NCBI GenBank assembly: GCA_965223375.1
Contig: OZ245000.1
Coordinates: 3,163,092-3,227,091 of the forward strand
Reading direction: 5' to 3'
Length of the DNA: 64,000 bases
Source of the DNA: Candidatus Rariloculaceae bacterium
GTDB lineage: Bacteria > Pseudomonadota > Gammaproteobacteria > Steroidobacterales > Rariloculaceae
The translations under genes and the position numbers were made by a program. The notes under the pieces were generated by a model that was not told where the DNA came from, made no database searches, and worked only from the letters and a program-made list of their open reading frames with translations. Position 1 is the first letter of the stretch, and the number at the start of each line of letters is the position of its first letter. Below, in pieces: positions 36,017-45,331 of this stretch.

Positions 36017-37903
36017 TTGTCGCTGCCGACAACCCGAGGGGACCTGGAGATAGACGCCGCAGATAATCCGCGATATCGATTCGGAGATTTCGATTTCGAT
36101 CCGAAATCTCGCGAGCTGCTCAAGAGCGGTCGCCAGATCAGACTGCAGAAGCAACCCTGCGTCGTCCTCACTCATCTGCTTGAGAAAGCGCCATCCATCG
36201 TTCAGCGGGAAGATCTCGCAAGGGCGCTCTGGGTGGGCCATTCGTTCGTCGATTTCGAGGATCGGCTGAATCACGTCATCAGCCGGCTGCGGGCGATCCT
36301 TGGCGACACGACGCAGTCGCCGAAGTTCATCGAAACGCATCACGGCATCGGCTATCGCCTCGCAGTTCCCGTGGAGTTGATTCGGCCGGCCGTGAAGCCG
36401 TCGTCATCCGAAGCCGAATCACCGACGGAGGCACGCCTGAATCCTGCGCGGCGGCGATCGTTCCGTGTCGCTGCAGCAGCGGTGCTTGCCGCGGTGGCTG
36501 CGCTGCTTATCGGCATCTGGGCGCCCTCCGGCGATGGCCGCGACTCGCCGGCAGCTGCAGCAGCACGCCTGTCGGTCCCGGCCTTCGTGAATCTGACCGG
36601 TCGCGACGAGCGGCAGGTTGCTGCCGATGCGTTGACCGAAACCGTCATCAATGTGCTCGGAAGGTCGGGGGCTTTCGAAATCAGCAGTGCGGAAACAGAT
36701 GCACCGACGAGTGACGCACAGTTTCGGCTGATCGGGTCCATTCTCTCGCAGCCGGCCGGGCAAGGAGTCCGGCTCATCGTTCGCTTGACCTCGACGGACT
36801 CGGCGGGGCTGGTTTGGGCAGGCGAATTCGCGCAGGACGATGAGACGATCGATATGTTTCAGACGCGCGTTGGCGCGGGTGTCCTCGCCGCGGTGCAGGG
36901 GGAACTGCTGCCGCCGGAATCCGAGCGGCTTGCTGCCGCGCGACCGTTATCGGCCGAAGCCGAAAGGCTTATTCTGACAGGGCGGGCCGCGCTCGACGCC
37001 GGACGCGTCGAATTCGCCATCGGGCAATTCGAGCGTGCCGTAGATGAAGATCCGGAGAGTGCGGTTGCGCACGCGGATCTCGCGCGCGCTTATCTCTATC
37101 AGGGCTGGTATACGGCGACGGAGTCGTCAGACGTGATGCCGCTGGCCAGAATTGCTGCACTGAAAGCCATTGCGCTCGACGACGCGCTGGCTGAGCCTCG
37201 GGTCGTGCTCGCTAATATCACGGCGTTTTACGACTGGAACTGGGCCGAAGCGGAACAACTCTATCGCGAGGCTCTGATCAGAAACGCAAACTACGCACCG
37301 GCCTATCTGGATTTCGCAGGATACCTGTTGGTGAACGGTCGCAACGCGGAATCGGTCGCGATGATTCGGAAGGCCAATGAAATAGACGGGCTTGGTCCCG
37401 CCACCAACGGCAATTCCGCGATTCTCTATCACTATCTGAGGGAGTGGCCGGCCGCGCAACGACACTTCCAAACGGCCATCGGCATTCAGCCCGGCAACAT
37501 TCTCTGGCGCGTGAATCTCGCATGCGCGCACATCTTCGAGGGCGATCTGGATGCGGGCGCGGATGTGATTCACGAACTGCGGGAAGACTGGCCGGCAAGT
37601 CCCGTGCCGGTGATCATCGATGCCTACCATGCGGCGATCAGCAGAGGCCCCGGTGCATCCGATGCCGCATTGTCCGAGATCCCTTTCGATCGCCTTCCGC
37701 CGATGTCAGAATTGATGAGCGCGTCGATATTTGTCGCTACGAATAAGCTCGACCGCGCGATCGACATGCTCGAGAGGGCCGCCGAAAGAAGGATGATCGC
37801 ATTACCGTTCACGCTCGTTCATCCTGCCCACGCCCCCCTTCACGAGCATCCGCGCTACCTTGCCCTGATAGAGCGCATGGGATTGACCGGGCCTGCCGGA
37901 TAA
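36017..37903 (+). CDS. Membrane-anchored winged-helix (OmpR/CadC-type) transcriptional regulator with a periplasmic TPR domain
   Basis: 628 aa with a TTG start. YRFGDFDFDPKSRELLKSGRQIRLQKQP...IETHHGIGYRL is a trans_reg_C domain. One TM segment (VAAAAVLAAVAALLIGIWA) is followed by TPR-like repeats. Confidence 0.85.
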   Translation: MSLPTTRGDLEIDAADNPRYRFGDFDFDPKSRELLKSGRQIRLQKQPCVVLTHLLEKAPSIVQREDLARALWVGHSFVDFEDRLNHVISRLRAILGDTTQSPKFIETHHGIGYRLAVPVELIRPAVKPSSSEAESPTEARLNPARRRSFRVAAAAVLAAVAALLIGIWAPSGDGRDSPAAAAARLSVPAFVNLTGRDERQVAADALTETVINVLGRSGAFEISSAETDAPTSDAQFRLIGSILSQPAGQGVRLIVRLTSTDSAGLVWAGEFAQDDETIDMFQTRVGAGVLAAVQGELLPPESERLAAARPLSAEAERLILTGRAALDAGRVEFAIGQFERAVDEDPESAVAHADLARAYLYQGWYTATESSDVMPLARIAALKAIALDDALAEPRVVLANITAFYDWNWAEAEQLYREALIRNANYAPAYLDFAGYLLVNGRNAESVAMIRKANEIDGLGPATNGNSAILYHYLREWPAAQRHFQTAIGIQPGNILWRVNLACAHIFEGDLDAGADVIHELREDWPASPVPVIIDAYHAAISRGPGASDAALSEIPFDRLPPMSELMSASIFVATNKLDRAIDMLERAAERRMIALPFTLVHPAHAPLHEHPRYLALIERMGLTGPAG

Positions 37904-37942
37904 GCGTCCGAATCCCGTCCCGCACCAACCCTATGTGATCCA

Positions 37943-38560
37943 GTGAATTTCAATCTTCCTCCAGTAACCCAGGCGCTGATCCTGGTCAACGTCGTCGTCT
38001 ATCTCGTGCAGATGCTGATGTGGACGACGATGCTTGCCTGGTTCGCGCTCTGGCCCTACGGCACCGAATTCATCGATGCCCCCGGATTCGGTGTATGGCA
38101 GATCGTCACCTACGGATTTCTCCATGGCGGCCTGGCACATCTGTTCTTCAACATGCTGGCGCTTTTCATGTTCGGGAGCGAGATCGAGCGACTTTTCGGT
38201 GCTCGCTGGTTCCTGAAGTTCTACTTCGTTTGCATCGTGACGGCGGCGCTTGCGCAGCTCGCGGTCGCGGCATGGACGAGCGCATCGCCCTATCCGACCA
38301 TCGGCGCTTCGGGCGGAGTGTTTGGCATCCTGCTCGCTTTCGGCATGTATTTCCCGCGGCGAACGATAATGCTGGTTATACCGCCGATTCCGATGCCTGC
38401 CTGGTTATTCGTTACGCTCTACGGTGCGCTGGAGCTCTATCTCGGCGTCACGGGCATGGCGCCGGGCATTGCGCACTTCGCGCACCTGGGCGGCATGGTC
38501 GGCGGCTATGTCATGATCGTGCTGCGCCGCGGCGTGCGGCGCGGCGGCTGGCGTCGCTGA
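37943..38560 (+). CDS. Rhomboid family intramembrane serine protease
   Basis: 205 aa with a GTG start. It has six TM segments, the catalytic GASGGVFG and the catalytic His in HFAHLGGMVGG. Confidence 0.9.
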   Translation: MNFNLPPVTQALILVNVVVYLVQMLMWTTMLAWFALWPYGTEFIDAPGFGVWQIVTYGFLHGGLAHLFFNMLALFMFGSEIERLFGARWFLKFYFVCIVTAALAQLAVAAWTSASPYPTIGASGGVFGILLAFGMYFPRRTIMLVIPPIPMPAWLFVTLYGALELYLGVTGMAPGIAHFAHLGGMVGGYVMIVLRRGVRRGGWRR

Positions 38561-38658
38561 TCGGCGCGGCCGGCACGAACGATACGGCCGCACAGCCGGT
38601 CCGCGAACCGCCGCGTATCAGGGTACCAGGAGACAGTCTGGTCATTGGAGGACTTTCG

Positions 38659-40215
38659 ATGACTTCTCAACGATTTCACGGACGACGATCCGGGCGGCCG
38701 GCAGTCCTGTTTGCCTTATGGATTGCGATGTCCGCGGCTGGGGCCCAGTCCGGGCCCGAAGCCTGCGCCGAGCTCGCAACCTGGGCCGGCAATGCGGAGC
38801 TGAGGATCGACACGGCACAGTTCCATGACGGTCGCGCGGTCGATGGCCAGGGCGGCGCCCGCATCACGTTGCCCTCGCACTGCCACGTTGCCGGCAGTTT
38901 CGAGCATCGCACCGGGGTCGGTGGTCGCGATTACGCCATCGGCTTCGCAATCAACCTACCGGCTGAGTGGAATGGCCGATTGCTGTTTCAGGGCGGCGGT
39001 GGACTGAACGGGACCGTCCGCGAGCCCGTTGGCGCGGTCGCAGCCGGAGACACGCCGGCGCTCAGCCGCGGTTTCGCCGTCGTCAGCACGGACAGCGGTC
39101 ATGAAGGGGCAGTCTTCGACGGCAGCTTCATGGCGGATCAGCAGGCGCTGCTGAACTTTCAGTTCCTGGCGAATGCCAAGACCCTCGGTGTAGTGAGGCC
39201 AATCGTCGAGCGCTACTACGCGAGCGCGCCGCACCACAGCTATTTCGTCGGCTGTTCGACCGGTGGGCGTGAAGGCATGATCATGGCGCAGCGTTATCCG
39301 AACCTGTTCGACGGGATCGTCTCCGGGGCGCCCGCGATGCGAACGACGGTCAGCAATCTGGCGCTTCGCTGGATCAGCCACCAGTACGCGGACGTCGAGG
39401 AGGCGAATCCGCGCGATCCGTTCTCGGAGCAGGAAGAGAGGCTGATCATGGGCGCGCTGATGAATGCCTGCGATGCCCTCGACGGCAACGCGGACGGGCT
39501 GATCTTCAACCGCCAGGCCTGCACCTTCGATCCGCGCGATCTGTCCTGCTCGGCTGCCCCGGGATCCGCGTGTCTCGCGGACGACAAGGCCGAGGCGCTT
39601 GCCAGGGCGATGGCCGGCCCGGTCAGCGCGGCCGGCAAGCACGTTTATGCGTCGTATCCCTACGATTCCGGCATTGACGATGAGGTCGGGTTGCCGGGCC
39701 TGCTGATCGCCGGCGGCACTCCGCCGATCGGCCCGAACGGCGGCGACCTCGATGTGCTGGACGTCGACGCCGAGTACATCGACGCGCTCTCGGCCACCGA
39801 AGCGCTGGGCAGCACGGCGACCAATTACAACGTCAGCACATTCATCGGCAACGGCGGCAAGCACATCTTCTATCACGGCGAAGCCGACCCGTGGTTTTCA
39901 GCGAATGACACGCTGCGTTATTTTGAGCGCCTCGGCGAGGCCAATGCGGATCTGCTCCCCATCGAGGATTTCGGTCGAATGTATCTCGTCCCCGGGATGG
40001 GGCATTGTTCCGGCGGCGAGCAGACCGTCGATCGCTTCGACCTGCTGACGCCGCTGGTCGAGTGGGTCGAGGAGGGCGTCGCGCCGGCGGCAGTACCGGC
40101 AACCGGCGCATCGATGCCCGGGCAAGGCCGGCCGTTGTGTGCCTGGCCCGCCTATGCACACTTCGATGGCGGTGACGCCGCGAGCGCCGACAGCTATCGA
40201 TGCGCGATGCCCTGA
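38659..40215 (+). CDS. Tannase/feruloyl esterase family protein, exported (second paralogue)
   Basis: The track ORF 38020-40215 is over-extended. The real start is MTSQRFHGRRSGRPAVLFALWIAMSAAGAQS (RBS GGAGG). It carries YFVGCSTGGREGMIMAQRYPNLFDGIVSGAPA. Confidence 0.9.
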   Translation: MTSQRFHGRRSGRPAVLFALWIAMSAAGAQSGPEACAELATWAGNAELRIDTAQFHDGRAVDGQGGARITLPSHCHVAGSFEHRTGVGGRDYAIGFAINLPAEWNGRLLFQGGGGLNGTVREPVGAVAAGDTPALSRGFAVVSTDSGHEGAVFDGSFMADQQALLNFQFLANAKTLGVVRPIVERYYASAPHHSYFVGCSTGGREGMIMAQRYPNLFDGIVSGAPAMRTTVSNLALRWISHQYADVEEANPRDPFSEQEERLIMGALMNACDALDGNADGLIFNRQACTFDPRDLSCSAAPGSACLADDKAEALARAMAGPVSAAGKHVYASYPYDSGIDDEVGLPGLLIAGGTPPIGPNGGDLDVLDVDAEYIDALSATEALGSTATNYNVSTFIGNGGKHIFYHGEADPWFSANDTLRYFERLGEANADLLPIEDFGRMYLVPGMGHCSGGEQTVDRFDLLTPLVEWVEEGVAPAAVPATGASMPGQGRPLCAWPAYAHFDGGDAASADSYRCAMP

Positions 40216-40324
40216 CGCCCATCCGTTATGTCACCACGGTTGCCTGAGAACCCGTTCACACAGTTCTCCCCCCGCCGCCTGCGATGATGGTTGCCGCCTG
40301 AAGAAGCCCGGGGGGGCAGGCGCT

Positions 40325-40987
40325 ATGAACGAGGATGGCACGGCGGCCTGGTCGCTGCCGGCGCTCGACGCGGACGGTAGCGGCGCGATCACGATCAGTG
40401 ACGTGCGCGAATGGCTGCTCGACGTACTGTTTCTGCCGGGTGACGCGGCGCTGGGCGCCATCATGGTCTATCTGCCGGGCGTCGCCGACTTTTTCGAGTT
40501 GAGTCCCGACGACTACGGCCATCTGTATTCGAAGATTGTGTCCGTGATCTTCTGGCTGCTCGCGCTGCTCGTGGCCGGTCTGATCGTCAACGCGATTCGC
40601 AATCTGGACAGGACACTGACTGCCTGGATTGCCCATCTCTGGCAGGATTCGCTGCGCCAGCTACGCGTCGTGCGCCGCAGGCTGGTCAGCTGGGTGGGAC
40701 TGATGCGGTCTAGGCAGCAGGCCAGACGTTCCAGAGTGGCGGTCGGCACGGTATCGCTACCGAGTCCGGCGGCGGCGGTTCTTCGTCGCTACGGTCAGGT
40801 CGGGGAAGCGCAGGTCGTCACGGCCGGCGATGTCGCGGCGGACCTGCGCCTGCCGTCGCGCCAGATCGACGCGGCGCACCGGATGTTGCTGGAGCTAAAG
40901 CTGATTCGGCGCGGCTTCGGTACCGACGAGGGGCGCGAAGGTTATCAGATCACGCAGGCCGGGCAAATCTATCTGCTCGAACGCTGA
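40325..40987 (+). CDS. Membrane protein with an EF-hand-like loop and a C-terminal winged-helix-like domain
   Basis: Trimmed to MNEDGTAAW.... DADGSGAITISD fits a 12-residue Ca-binding loop. A TM segment (IVSVIFWLLALLVAGLIVNAI) follows. The C terminus (...VTAGDVAADLRLPSRQIDAAHRMLLELKLIRR...YQITQAG) is MarR-like. Confidence 0.6.
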   Translation: MNEDGTAAWSLPALDADGSGAITISDVREWLLDVLFLPGDAALGAIMVYLPGVADFFELSPDDYGHLYSKIVSVIFWLLALLVAGLIVNAIRNLDRTLTAWIAHLWQDSLRQLRVVRRRLVSWVGLMRSRQQARRSRVAVGTVSLPSPAAAVLRRYGQVGEAQVVTAGDVAADLRLPSRQIDAAHRMLLELKLIRRGFGTDEGREGYQITQAGQIYLLER

Positions 40988-41187
40988 CCGGCATATCGAA
41001 CGGCTTGCCGCTCGGCGCCGCATGCGGGCGCCGCCCCCGCGCGCTTAGTCGCCCGCTCACCGCCGGCATCCAGTCTCGACTGACGTGGGCAGAACCCGCC
41101 GGCGCCCGAGATTTCCGAACCCGGTTCCAGCCCGGACGATATACTGCCAAAGGTTCGTTGTCGCTCACCTTGCGCCAGGAGTCCAGC

Positions 41188-42390
41188 ATGTCCAGATACC
41201 TGCGCGGCAGGCTTGCCGCCGTGGCGATCGCCACCGCCGTCGCCTCGATCACAGCTCAGGCCCATCATGGTTTCGGCCGCTTCGATATGCAGGGCGAGAT
41301 CAACTACTCCGGTACGCTGGTGAGCGTTGATCTCGTCAATCCGCATTCGTACATGAATTTCGTTATCGACGGCCCGGATGGCGAGCCGTTCGAGGTGCGG
41401 TGCGAGATGCGCGCCGCGATGCTGCTGCGACGCTCGGGCTGGAGCGAAGATCTCTTCGTGCCGGGCCTTCCGGTCGAGATCTTCGCCCGGCCGCATCGCG
41501 ACGACCCGCACTCCTGCTATCTCGAGACATTTACGCTCGGTGACAGGGCGACGGTAGATCGCAACGACCAGTTCTCGAGCGGCCAGACCGTCGATACGTC
41601 CGGCCGACCGCTGCGGCTCGCCAACGGCGACCCGAATATCTCCGGCGACTGGGCCGTCGAGCAACTCGTGCTGACGATTCCACCGGAGGGTGGGACCGGG
41701 GCACTGGTGCCGAAGAGCTTTCGTGATGCTTACGCCGCCGGCGATATCACGCTCGATGAGATCCGGGCGCGCAATCCGCGCCCTGCGCCGCCGGTCTATA
41801 CCGCCCGCGGGCAACAGGAAGCAGACGCATTCCAGATGTGGTCGCCGGAAGACAATCCGCGGCTGTCCTGCCAGGCGACGAGCATCATTTTCGACTGGAC
41901 GTTCGACTGGCCGATCAACCGCATCACGCAGGCCACGACGCAAAACGGCGATCGCGTCATCGATATCGATTACGGTCTTTACAGCTTCGCGCGGCGGATC
42001 CACGTCGGCATGTCCGAGCATCCGGACGACATCGAGCCGAGCAATGCCGGTCATTCGATCGGTCAATGGGAAGGCAACACCTTGACCGTCGATACCGTTG
42101 GTTTCACGGCAGGCGTGCTGGTGCCGCCGACGCGCAACAGCGAAGAGCTCCGTATCGTCGAGGAGTTCGAGTTCGATCCCGAAGCGCTGTCGATAACGCG
42201 CCGGTACACGGTGACTGATCCGGTTTATCTGGCGGCCCCGTATACCGGTCGGGACATCGTTTACCTGTCAGCGACGCCGTTTGAGCGGCACCCGTGCGAG
42301 GAGCTGACCTACGAGTTCATCGAGGGTAACGAAAGGCAGGAGGTTTCGCCGCAGGAACAGCGCGCGACGAGCGAGGCTTCGGGGAACTAG
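41188..42390 (+). CDS. Periplasmic fusion protein: N-module (AHH...NPHS, DUF6152-like) + C-module (GHSxGxWEGxTLxVDT)
   Basis: Start at MSRYLRGRLAAVAIATAVASITAQA|HHGFGRFD (RBS AGGAG). It carries VNPHSYMNF, RRSGW, GHSIGQWEGNTLTVDT and HPCEEL. Confidence 0.8.
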   Translation: MSRYLRGRLAAVAIATAVASITAQAHHGFGRFDMQGEINYSGTLVSVDLVNPHSYMNFVIDGPDGEPFEVRCEMRAAMLLRRSGWSEDLFVPGLPVEIFARPHRDDPHSCYLETFTLGDRATVDRNDQFSSGQTVDTSGRPLRLANGDPNISGDWAVEQLVLTIPPEGGTGALVPKSFRDAYAAGDITLDEIRARNPRPAPPVYTARGQQEADAFQMWSPEDNPRLSCQATSIIFDWTFDWPINRITQATTQNGDRVIDIDYGLYSFARRIHVGMSEHPDDIEPSNAGHSIGQWEGNTLTVDTVGFTAGVLVPPTRNSEELRIVEEFEFDPEALSITRRYTVTDPVYLAAPYTGRDIVYLSATPFERHPCEELTYEFIEGNERQEVSPQEQRATSEASGN

Positions 42391-42479
42391 CCCGGCAATT
42401 TCACTGATTCGCGGGTGAGATCGGTTAACAGGACCAGCGCGCATGCGCCGCAGCGGGTCCGGGGCACGCGCTACGTGAG

Positions 42480-43319
42480 TCAGTGTGTCAGCGCGTAGAC
42501 CACGACGTTGACGCCGAAACGCAGCGCCAGGTTCGCCTTATCGGCCGGGTAGCGCGGGTCGTCAGCCCATTGCCATGCGTCGGCAACGTCGTTGTTGTGC
42601 GCTATCAGGACCATCAGCCGGCCATCGTCGTCAAAGACGCCCTTCCAATGGGGCACTGCACTATCCGGACCCATGAAGCCGGAGCCGCCCCGCATGATCG
42701 AGTTTGCATTCGGAATCTGTGTGTCAATCATCTGCGGGAGGTCGAACACGATGTTGAACACGGCTTCCTCGCCGGTCAGGTCGACGATTGGTCGGTCGGG
42801 GAATACGCGCTTCAGGCTTTCCTGAAAGACGATCCAGTTGCGAGTGCCGAAGAAGCTGTCGCAAAAAATGAAGCCGCCGCGTAAGAGATAGTTGCGCAGC
42901 TTGACGGCCATCTCGTCGGTCAGCTGCCACGCTGATGCGAGGCCGACGACCATGAATGGCCAGTAGAACACGTCGTCGTCGTCTTCGAGATTGATCGGCT
43001 GCTCGACGCCGCGTACGTTCGTACGGGTAAACCGGCGAATCATTTCGACCAGCTTGCGGTCGCCGCGCGGATAATCGTCGGTCCAGCTCGCATAACCCTG
43101 GCGCCAGTCGGCGCCGAAGCCGAAGTTGCCGCCGGGATACATCAGCCTGCCGATGACGAGCTCGCCCGGAGTGTCCCAGTCGGCTGGCAGCGGCGCTTCG
43201 GCCGAGGCTCCCTCGAAGCTCGGGTAGACTCGGAACTCTCGCTGCGCGTTGGCCGCCGATCCTGCGGCGAACGCCGCAGCCAGCAATGCCGCCAGCAGGA
43301 AGGGTCGCCAGTAACACAT
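42480..43319 (-). CDS. DUF4159 domain protein, exported
   Basis: Trimmed to MCYWRPFLLAALLAAAFAAGSAANA (alternative start 43367). WTDDYPRGDRKLVEMI, YLLRGGFIFCDSF and GVNVVVYALTH resemble DUF4159. Confidence 0.7.
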   Translation of the reverse strand: MCYWRPFLLAALLAAAFAAGSAANAQREFRVYPSFEGASAEAPLPADWDTPGELVIGRLMYPGGNFGFGADWRQGYASWTDDYPRGDRKLVEMIRRFTRTNVRGVEQPINLEDDDDVFYWPFMVVGLASAWQLTDEMAVKLRNYLLRGGFIFCDSFFGTRNWIVFQESLKRVFPDRPIVDLTGEEAVFNIVFDLPQMIDTQIPNANSIMRGGSGFMGPDSAVPHWKGVFDDDGRLMVLIAHNNDVADAWQWADDPRYPADKANLALRFGVNVVVYALTH

Positions 43320-43465
43320 CGTGGCAGTCGGCGATGCGGGCGCGGCGATCGATTGCCTCGAGCTCATGGGTCCGCACTCTGCCATCATTCGCCACGATTC
43401 TGCCAGTCGCAGGCCAGATCCCGGGCGCAGGCTGTATCCCGTCACTCGGAGTCGGGAGTCGCAGC

Positions 43466-43681
43466 ATGAGAATTTTCTTGACCTCGGTCGAAGTGAAGTT
43501 CGCCGGGCAGATCGCAACGGCCGTCTGGCTCAGCAAGCTGACGGACGCATCGGCGCGCGAGGCCCTGCTGTCGTACGCGATCGCCCGTCATCCGTGCCGG
43601 CGAGAGCTGTCACGCCTGCTCGAGGTCGCGCTGACGTCGGAGTATCTGCACTGGAGGGAGCGCCAGGACATCGCGAGCTGA
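43466..43681 (+). CDS. Possible small ORF (71 aa), hypothetical
   Basis: ATG at 43466 with GGGAG 7 nt upstream, inside a 425-nt gap. MRIFLTSVEVKFAGQIATAVWLSKL... has no recognised family. Confidence 0.3.
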   Translation: MRIFLTSVEVKFAGQIATAVWLSKLTDASAREALLSYAIARHPCRRELSRLLEVALTSEYLHWRERQDIAS

Positions 43682-43744
43682 TCGAAAGGCCCGGCAGCTC
43701 ATCGCAGGCAGAGGGCGAGCAACACATGCTATCTTCGACGCGCG

Positions 43745-44224
43745 ATGACCGTAACCGGCGCTCACCTCTTAAGGCTCTGGCGGCGTCTGTCCGCCGTGCC
43801 GGGCGGCGCCTGGTTGTTCTCCAGGTTGCTCGGTTTCATGATTCCGTACTCGGGCTCGGTCGGCCCGAGGATTCGTGTGCTCGAGCCCGGACACGCCGAG
43901 GTCGAGATTCCCGATCGGCGCTCGAATCGCCAGCACCTGGGGTCCGTGCATGCCATTGCGCTGATGAATCTGGCCGAGATCACCGGCGGTCTTGCGATGA
44001 TGGCGGGTCTCCCGCCGACGGTACGCGGCATCGTCACGGACCTGTCGATGACCTATCACAAGAAGGCGCGTGGCACGATTCGGGCCATCGCGCGCGTGAC
44101 CGTGCCGAGCGTCGACCGGGATCTCGATTTCGATGTCACTGCCGAGTGTTTCGATCGGCAGGGCGCGCTCGTTGCTACGGGGCATGCACGCTGGCGACTC
44201 GGCATCGCCAGGTCCGGAGCCTGA
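43745..44224 (+). CDS. Hotdog-fold protein (DUF4442 / YiiD C-terminal-like thioesterase fold)
   Basis: 159 aa. PGGAWLFSRLLGFMIPYSGSVGPRI...HLGSVHAIALMNLAEITGGLAM...LSMTYHKKARG matches the family pattern as I recall it. Confidence 0.75.
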   Translation: MTVTGAHLLRLWRRLSAVPGGAWLFSRLLGFMIPYSGSVGPRIRVLEPGHAEVEIPDRRSNRQHLGSVHAIALMNLAEITGGLAMMAGLPPTVRGIVTDLSMTYHKKARGTIRAIARVTVPSVDRDLDFDVTAECFDRQGALVATGHARWRLGIARSGA

Positions 44225-44227
44225 CCG

Positions 44228-45196
44228 ATGGAGACGCCGTTCACGCGGCAGGCGGGCGTCTCCGTGCCGTTGATCGGCGGGCCGATGTACCCCTGCTCGA
44301 ACCCCGAGCTGGTTGCCGCCGTCAGCGAGGCCGGCGGGCTCGGCGTCGTGCAGCCGTTGTCGCTGACCTACGTGCACGGTCACGACTTTCGCGCCGGATT
44401 GCGTCTCATTCGCTCATTGACCAGCAGACCGATCGGCTTCAATGCCCTGATCGAGGGCAACAACAAGACTTACCTCGACCGCATGCGCCACTGGATCGAC
44501 ATCGCGCTCGAGGAGGGCGTCAGGTTCTTCATCACGTCACTCGGCAACCCGACATGGGTTTGTGCACGGGTCCACGCGGCGGGCGGTGTCGTCTATCACG
44601 ACGTGACCGAACGCAAGTGGGCGCAGAAGGGCGTCGACGGCGGTGTCGACGGCCTCATAGGCGTGAACGACCGTGCCGGCGGCCACGCCGGTTCGAGGTC
44701 GCCCGAAGTGCTACTCGAGGAGCTGCTGCCGTTCGAGAAGCCGATCGTCAGCGCCGGGGGCGTCGGTTCGCCGGAGGAATTCAGGCGGCGATTGCGTCTC
44801 GGCTACACTGCAGTGCAACTGGGCACACGCTTCATTGCTACACCCGAGTGCACGGCCAGCGCTGCGTACAAGCAGGCGATCGTCGACGCGGACCAGGACG
44901 ACATCGTTCTCACCGAACGCCTCACCGGCGTTCCGGTCGCCGTCATCAACAACGAATACGTTGAGCGGCTCGGCACGAAGGCCGGTCCGTTCGCCCGCTG
45001 GCTGCTCAAGGGCCGCAGGACGAAGCACTGGGTCCGCACTTGGTACGCGCTCAACTCGCTGCGTCGGCTCAGGAAGTCACTGATGGCTGAGGACATCCGT
45101 ACCGACTATTGGCAGGCCGGCAAATCGGTCGCCGGAATCAGCGAGATCAAGCCGGCCGGGCGCATCGTGCGAGAGTTCGCAGCAGCGCTCGATTGA
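44228..45196 (+). CDS. Nitronate monooxygenase / FabK-like FMN oxidoreductase (NMO family)
   Basis: 322 aa. It carries PLIGGPMYPCSNPELVAAVSEAGGLGVV and a TIM-barrel length. It starts 3 nt after the hotdog gene stop. Confidence 0.85.
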   Translation: METPFTRQAGVSVPLIGGPMYPCSNPELVAAVSEAGGLGVVQPLSLTYVHGHDFRAGLRLIRSLTSRPIGFNALIEGNNKTYLDRMRHWIDIALEEGVRFFITSLGNPTWVCARVHAAGGVVYHDVTERKWAQKGVDGGVDGLIGVNDRAGGHAGSRSPEVLLEELLPFEKPIVSAGGVGSPEEFRRRLRLGYTAVQLGTRFIATPECTASAAYKQAIVDADQDDIVLTERLTGVPVAVINNEYVERLGTKAGPFARWLLKGRRTKHWVRTWYALNSLRRLRKSLMAEDIRTDYWQAGKSVAGISEIKPAGRIVREFAAALD

Positions 45197-45331
45197 TCCG
45201 TGGTGCTGGATGAAGCGGCGGCTCACATGGGATACTACCGGTGCGTCTCGCAGGAATGTTGGTACCCGGCATCGAGCCCGCTGACCGGCCTCGCGGCCGA
45301 TCCGGAGCGCCGACTGTCGCATGGAGTTGCC

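Noticed and set aside
38020-38658. N-terminal extensions of track ORFs: 38020-40215, 1523-2908, 6659-7522, 6396-6818, 58865-59722, 23679-24590, 41005-42390, 50042-51250, 53961-54773 and 62184-63761.
   Set aside because: The extensions overlap neighbouring real genes or are Arg-rich artefact. In each case an internal ATG/GTG with a GGAG-type RBS begins a sensible signal peptide or domain.
38561-38658. The GCGGCCG...CGGCCGC hairpin after the rhomboid gene as a terminator.
   Set aside because: It has a 7-bp GC stem with a 12-nt loop and no U tract. Such stems are frequent by chance at this GC content, so it is not listed as a feature.
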